Below, one piece after another: positions 60,230-64,000 of a stretch of 64,000 nt of DNA; the first letter of the stretch is position 1, and each line of letters starts with the position of its first letter. The notes under the pieces were generated by a model. It ran no database searches, was not told the origin of the DNA, and saw nothing but the letters and a program-made list of their open reading frames with translations. Made by a program: the position numbers and the translations under genes. The stretch comes from Burkholderiaceae bacterium (GTDB lineage: Bacteria > Pseudomonadota > Gammaproteobacteria > Burkholderiales > Burkholderiaceae_B): assembly GCA_020851995.1 (NCBI GenBank), contig JADZBO010000015.1:83103-147102 (forward strand), read 5' to 3'.

Positions 60230-61323
60230 CTATGGCTGAATTTTTACCCTGGCATCGTCAGGCCGCCACGCAGTGGCTAGGCAACCGCGACCGCTTCGCC
60301 CATGCGTGGCTGGTGCACGGTCTAGCCGGCACAGGTCTGCGCGAATTCGCTTTCGCCGCCGCAGCTTCGCTTTTGTGTGAATCGCCCGTTGCGGGACTCG
60401 CCTGTGGCAAGTGTCCGGCCTGTGGGTGGGTGACCTCGGGCAATCATCCCGATCTGCGGCGAGTGCGGCCCGAGGCCGTGGCGCTCGAGGAGGGCGCGCA
60501 GCAGGATGACGAGGGTGAAGATGGCCAGGAGTCTGGCGGCGCTGCAGTCGACGCGGGCGGATCGGGCAAGCGGGCCGCGTCCAAAGAGATCCGCGTCGAA
60601 CAGATCCGGGCGCTCGAGCCCTGGTTTAACAATGCAACACATCGGGGTGGCTGGAGAGTGGCGCTGCTGTATCCCGCCGAGGCGCTCAATGCGATTTCGG
60701 GCAATGCACTGCTCAAGGTGCTGGAAGAACCGCCGCCCTCGACCGTATTCCTGATCGTGGCAGATGCACCCGACCGGCTGCTGCCAACCCTGTTGTCGCG
60801 CTGCAGAAGGTTGCCACTACCCACACCGACGCACGACCAGGCGCGTGGCTGGTTGCAGGCCCAGGGGGTCGCATCACCCGATGACTGGCTTGCCGCCGCA
60901 GGCGGCGCGCCGATACTCGCGGCAAAGCTGATTGCAAACCAGACAGCCGCCAGCCCTGACTGGCTGGGTGGCCTGTTGCGCGGGCTGGCTCAGGGCGCGT
61001 CACCGGATATCGGTACGTTGGCCGATGCCGTCAGCAAGCAGCCTGCGATCGACTGGATCGACCCGTTGCATCGCTTGTGTGTGGACCTCACACTGGCGAG
61101 CCACGGGCTGGCGGTACGCTACTATCCGGCGCTCGCCGCGCAGTCCGCGTCGATTGCGCAGCGTGCGGATTGTGCGGCGTTGGCCGAATTGGCGCACTAC
61201 GTGCAGCAACAGCGTCGCGTGGCGGGGCATCCGCTGGCCGCAAAATTATTCGCGCACGCAGTGCTGCAGCGCATGGCAACGGCCTGTCGGCCGGCACGGA
61301 GTGCGCCTGCACTACCATCCTGA
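60226..61323 (+). CDS. holB: DNA polymerase III delta prime
   Basis: [33 protein letters not shown]; follows tmk. Confidence 0.96.
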   Translation: MTMAEFLPWHRQAATQWLGNRDRFAHAWLVHGLAGTGLREFAFAAAASLLCESPVAGLACGKCPACGWVTSGNHPDLRRVRPEAVALEEGAQQDDEGEDGQESGGAAVDAGGSGKRAASKEIRVEQIRALEPWFNNATHRGGWRVALLYPAEALNAISGNALLKVLEEPPPSTVFLIVADAPDRLLPTLLSRCRRLPLPTPTHDQARGWLQAQGVASPDDWLAAAGGAPILAAKLIANQTAASPDWLGGLLRGLAQGASPDIGTLADAVSKQPAIDWIDPLHRLCVDLTLASHGLAVRYYPALAAQSASIAQRADCAALAELAHYVQQQRRVAGHPLAAKLFAHAVLQRMATACRPARSAPALPS

Positions 61324-61377
61324 CCAGTGCCACCCGTGCATCCTTTCGCATCATGATTTCCGGAGTAAGTTGTAGCC

Positions 61378-62148
61378 ATGTTCGTTGATTCACACTGCCA
61401 TCTCGACTTTCCGGATCTGATCCGGCAAACCGACGATATCCTGAAGCGCATGCAGGCAAACCGGGTATCGCATGCGCTGTGCGTCAGCGTGAATATGCCG
61501 GATTGGCCCGGAATCATGAATCTGGTCGAACAGCATGATTGCCTGTGGGCCTCCGTTGGGGTTCACCCCGATTACGAGGATACGGTTGAACCGACCGCGC
61601 AAGAACTGGTCGTGCATTCAGCGCATCCGAGGGTTGTCGCGATTGGGGAAACCGGGCTGGACTATTTCCGTCTGTCGGGCGATCTTGAGTGGCAGCGCGA
61701 GCGTTTCCGGCGTCATATCCAGGCGGCGCGAACTTGCTCGCTGCCCTTGATCATTCATACGCGCTCGGCGGCAGAGGACACCCTGCGCATCATGCGCGAG
61801 GAGGGCGCAGACCTGGCCGGTGGCGTGATGCATTGCTTTACCGAATCCTGGGAAGTCGCGCAGGCGGCTCTCGATCTGGGGTTTTATATCTCATTCTCCG
61901 GCATCGTCACCTTCAAGAACGCCGTCGCGCTGCAGGACGTGGCGCGCCGCACGCCGCTGGACCGGATGTTGATCGAGACAGATTCTCCCTTTCTGGCGCC
62001 TGTGCCGCACAGGGGTCAGTTGAATGATCCTTCCAAAGTGATTCATGTTGCGGAAAAGATCGCCGAATGCCGATCGGAGTCACTGAAAGTCATCGAAGAA
62101 GCTACCACAAGTAATTTCTTTAAATTATTTAATAAGATATCGCATTAA
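61378..62148 (+). CDS. TatD family nuclease (YcfH-like)
   Basis: DSHCHL, GVHP, IGETGLDY, IHTR, HCFT, ETDSPFLAP. Confidence 0.96.
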   Translation: MFVDSHCHLDFPDLIRQTDDILKRMQANRVSHALCVSVNMPDWPGIMNLVEQHDCLWASVGVHPDYEDTVEPTAQELVVHSAHPRVVAIGETGLDYFRLSGDLEWQRERFRRHIQAARTCSLPLIIHTRSAAEDTLRIMREEGADLAGGVMHCFTESWEVAQAALDLGFYISFSGIVTFKNAVALQDVARRTPLDRMLIETDSPFLAPVPHRGQLNDPSKVIHVAEKIAECRSESLKVIEEATTSNFFKLFNKISH

Positions 62149-62182
62149 ATTAATCTAATTTATTTAAAGTAAAGGATGAACT

Positions 62183-62914
62183 GTGTTGAATGCTGCAACA
62201 ATTCCTGTCCCTGTCCGATCCATCACGCTCAGCCCGTTCCGTGCACGCCTGGCTACTCTGGCGGGCTGGCTCGCCATGGGCATACTCTCTTTGGCTGCCA
62301 GTTTCGCAAATGCGGCAACTCCGGACGACCTCTGGGTCTTCATCAAGAATGATCGCGCCGATGACGTCAAGGCACTGGTGGCGGCAGGCTTGAACCCCAA
62401 TTCCAAAACCAAGATGGGCAATAGTGCGCTCATGCAAAGTGTGCGGGACGGGGCGTGGAGCACCTTTGACCTCTTGGTGGCAAACCAGAAAGTGGATGTG
62501 AATCTTGCCAACGAATACGAGGAAACACCCCTGATGTACGTTGCGCTGATCGGTGATGTGCCTCGTGCAAAGGCGCTGGTTGCGCGTGGTGCGCAGGTCA
62601 ACAAACTCGGCTGGACCCCTCTCCACTATGCCGCGGTCAAGGGAAACCTTGACATGGTTCAGTACTTGCTCGCCAACGAGGCGATGCCCAACGCACCGTC
62701 GCCTGCTGGCGACAATCCGTTGATGATGGCAGTGCAGTCCGGCAACACGCAGGTCGTGCAGGCACTCATCAACGCTGGCGCTGACCCGGCCGCCGTGAAC
62801 CAGAAGGGCGAGGACGCGATTGACATCGCGCGACAGAAGGGCAACGCCACGCTGGCCAGCGCACTTGAAAAAATCCTCAGGGATCGACGCGCAAACCAGC
62901 AAAAGTCGAATTAA
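62183..62914 (+). CDS. Exported ankyrin repeat protein
   Basis: Signal-like segment, then ETPLMYVAL, WTPLHYAA, NPLMMAV ankyrin units; start uncertain. Confidence 0.9.
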   Translation: MLNAATIPVPVRSITLSPFRARLATLAGWLAMGILSLAASFANAATPDDLWVFIKNDRADDVKALVAAGLNPNSKTKMGNSALMQSVRDGAWSTFDLLVANQKVDVNLANEYEETPLMYVALIGDVPRAKALVARGAQVNKLGWTPLHYAAVKGNLDMVQYLLANEAMPNAPSPAGDNPLMMAVQSGNTQVVQALINAGADPAAVNQKGEDAIDIARQKGNATLASALEKILRDRRANQQKSN

Positions 62915-63003
62915 GCTGTGTCTGATATCGCTGTATTCTTGACGCACGCGACTGAAGCCGTCGGTCGCGCTGGCGTTGTAAACCCCGTTTGAAAGGAATC
63001 ACC

Positions 63004-63750
63004 ATGTTCACTACACGTCGAAACCTGCTGATCGGAATGCTGGCCCTTGCAGGTGGGCTGGGTAACGTGGCGCTCGCACAAAATGCGCCCTTGCGCGTGG
63101 TAACCGATGCAACTTTTCCGCCAATGGAATTCGTCAAAGACGGTCAGCGAACGGGTTTCGACATCGATCTGGTCGAGGCGCTGGGCAAGGAAATGGGTCG
63201 CAAGATCGAATGGATCGACATCGACTTCAAAGGACTGATTCCTGCGCTGCAGGCAGGCCGTGCCGATATGGCCAATTCCGCAATCTACATCACGGAAGAG
63301 CGCCGCAAAGTGGTTGATTTCACCGACCCATACTATGCCGGTGGCCTTGTAGTGCTGACCAAGAAGGACGGACCCATCAAATCGCTCAAGGATCTGGACG
63401 GCAAGAAAGTCGCTGTGCAGGTCGGAACAAAATCGGTTGGTTATCTTAAGGAACACTTCCCGAAAGTCGAACGCGTCGAGGTCGAAAAGAACCAGGAAAT
63501 GTTCAACCTTGCCCAAATTGGACGCGCCGACGCGGCGGTGACTGGTAAGCCGGCAGCCAAACTCTACGCGCAGGCGCATCCGGACATGGTCGTGCTTCCG
63601 GAACAGATTACGGTCGAGGACTACGGGATGGCATTGCCCAAAAATCAGCCTGAGACGACCAAAGCCGTGAATGCGGCGCTGAAGAAACTCAAAGCGAACG
63701 GCACTTACGATGCGCTGGTCGTGAAGTGGTTTGAAGCGCCAGGCAAATGA
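63004..63750 (+). CDS. Polar amino-acid ABC transporter substrate-binding protein
   Basis: AAAGGA RBS; DATFPPMEF, GFDIDL, ITEERRKVVDFTDPYY. Confidence 0.93.
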   Translation: MFTTRRNLLIGMLALAGGLGNVALAQNAPLRVVTDATFPPMEFVKDGQRTGFDIDLVEALGKEMGRKIEWIDIDFKGLIPALQAGRADMANSAIYITEERRKVVDFTDPYYAGGLVVLTKKDGPIKSLKDLDGKKVAVQVGTKSVGYLKEHFPKVERVEVEKNQEMFNLAQIGRADAAVTGKPAAKLYAQAHPDMVVLPEQITVEDYGMALPKNQPETTKAVNAALKKLKANGTYDALVVKWFEAPGK

Positions 63751-64000
63751 ATCTTGATTTTTCCCCGGTCCTGGCGGACTGGGGCATGCTGATGTCGGGT
63801 GCGGCGGTCACGATCGAAGTGACGGCCGCGTCGCTGGTGCTTGGATGCGTGATCGGTCTGCTGGTCGGAATCGGTCGGTTGAACCCGCATCGACGCCTGG
63901 TCTATGGTGTGTGCTCCGCCTATCTGGTTTTTTTTCGCGGCACACCGCTGCTGGTACAGTTGTTCATCTGGTTTTTCGGATTACCGCAGTTCGGCCTGAT
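63747..64000 (+). CDS. Polar amino-acid ABC transporter permease (5' part, runs off the window)
   Basis: MNLDFSPVLADWGMLMSGAAVTIEVT...FRGTPLLVQLFIWFFGLPQFGL; ATGA overlap. Confidence 0.9.
   Translation, partial: MNLDFSPVLADWGMLMSGAAVTIEVTAASLVLGCVIGLLVGIGRLNPHRRLVYGVCSAYLVFFRGTPLLVQLFIWFFGLPQFGL

Noticed and set aside
61323-61378. No pilZ between holB and tatD
   Set aside because: Simple absence; plausible for this lineage and cannot be judged unusual without comparative data.
1-64000. Prophage, IS, integron, tRNA, rRNA or tmRNA
   Set aside because: No integrase, transposase, phage structural or RNA-gene signatures recognised by eye; a covariance-model scan would be needed to exclude small RNAs.

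Overview
A GC-rich betaproteobacterial chromosome segment; gene order and the Bug/TctC genes suggest Alcaligenaceae (Bordetella/Achromobacter/Orrella-like), which is an inference. About 1-24 kb is accessory: a family-5 ABC transporter operon, an AT-richer AbiL/RloAB-like ATPase plus TOPRIM pair, Bug solute receptors, a Cys-less thiolase plus DUF35 pair, and a LexA-controlled imuA-imuB-dnaE2 mutagenesis cassette. About 24-64 kb is mostly conserved core: folC-dedD-cvpA-purF, dsbB-glnD-map, rpsB through lpxB-rnhB, ppsR/ppsA, smpB-ratA-rnfH, a LiuR-boxed valine catabolism operon, and ygfZ-mltG-tmk-holB-tatD. Structure not explained by the gene calls: (i) degenerate tandem arrays on both flanks of imuABC (6 x 17 nt upstream of the SOS promoter; 3 x 38 nt anchored on the dnaE2 stop); (ii) a similar stop-codon-anchored 45-nt array at rnfH; (iii) genes collapsed by internal deletion (an antitoxin-Doc fusion remnant, a 67-aa in-frame mini-Bug, and a YcfJ-like protein lacking its glycine zipper). 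I saw no tRNA, rRNA, integrase, transposase or cas genes. All family assignments come from motif recognition, not database searches.
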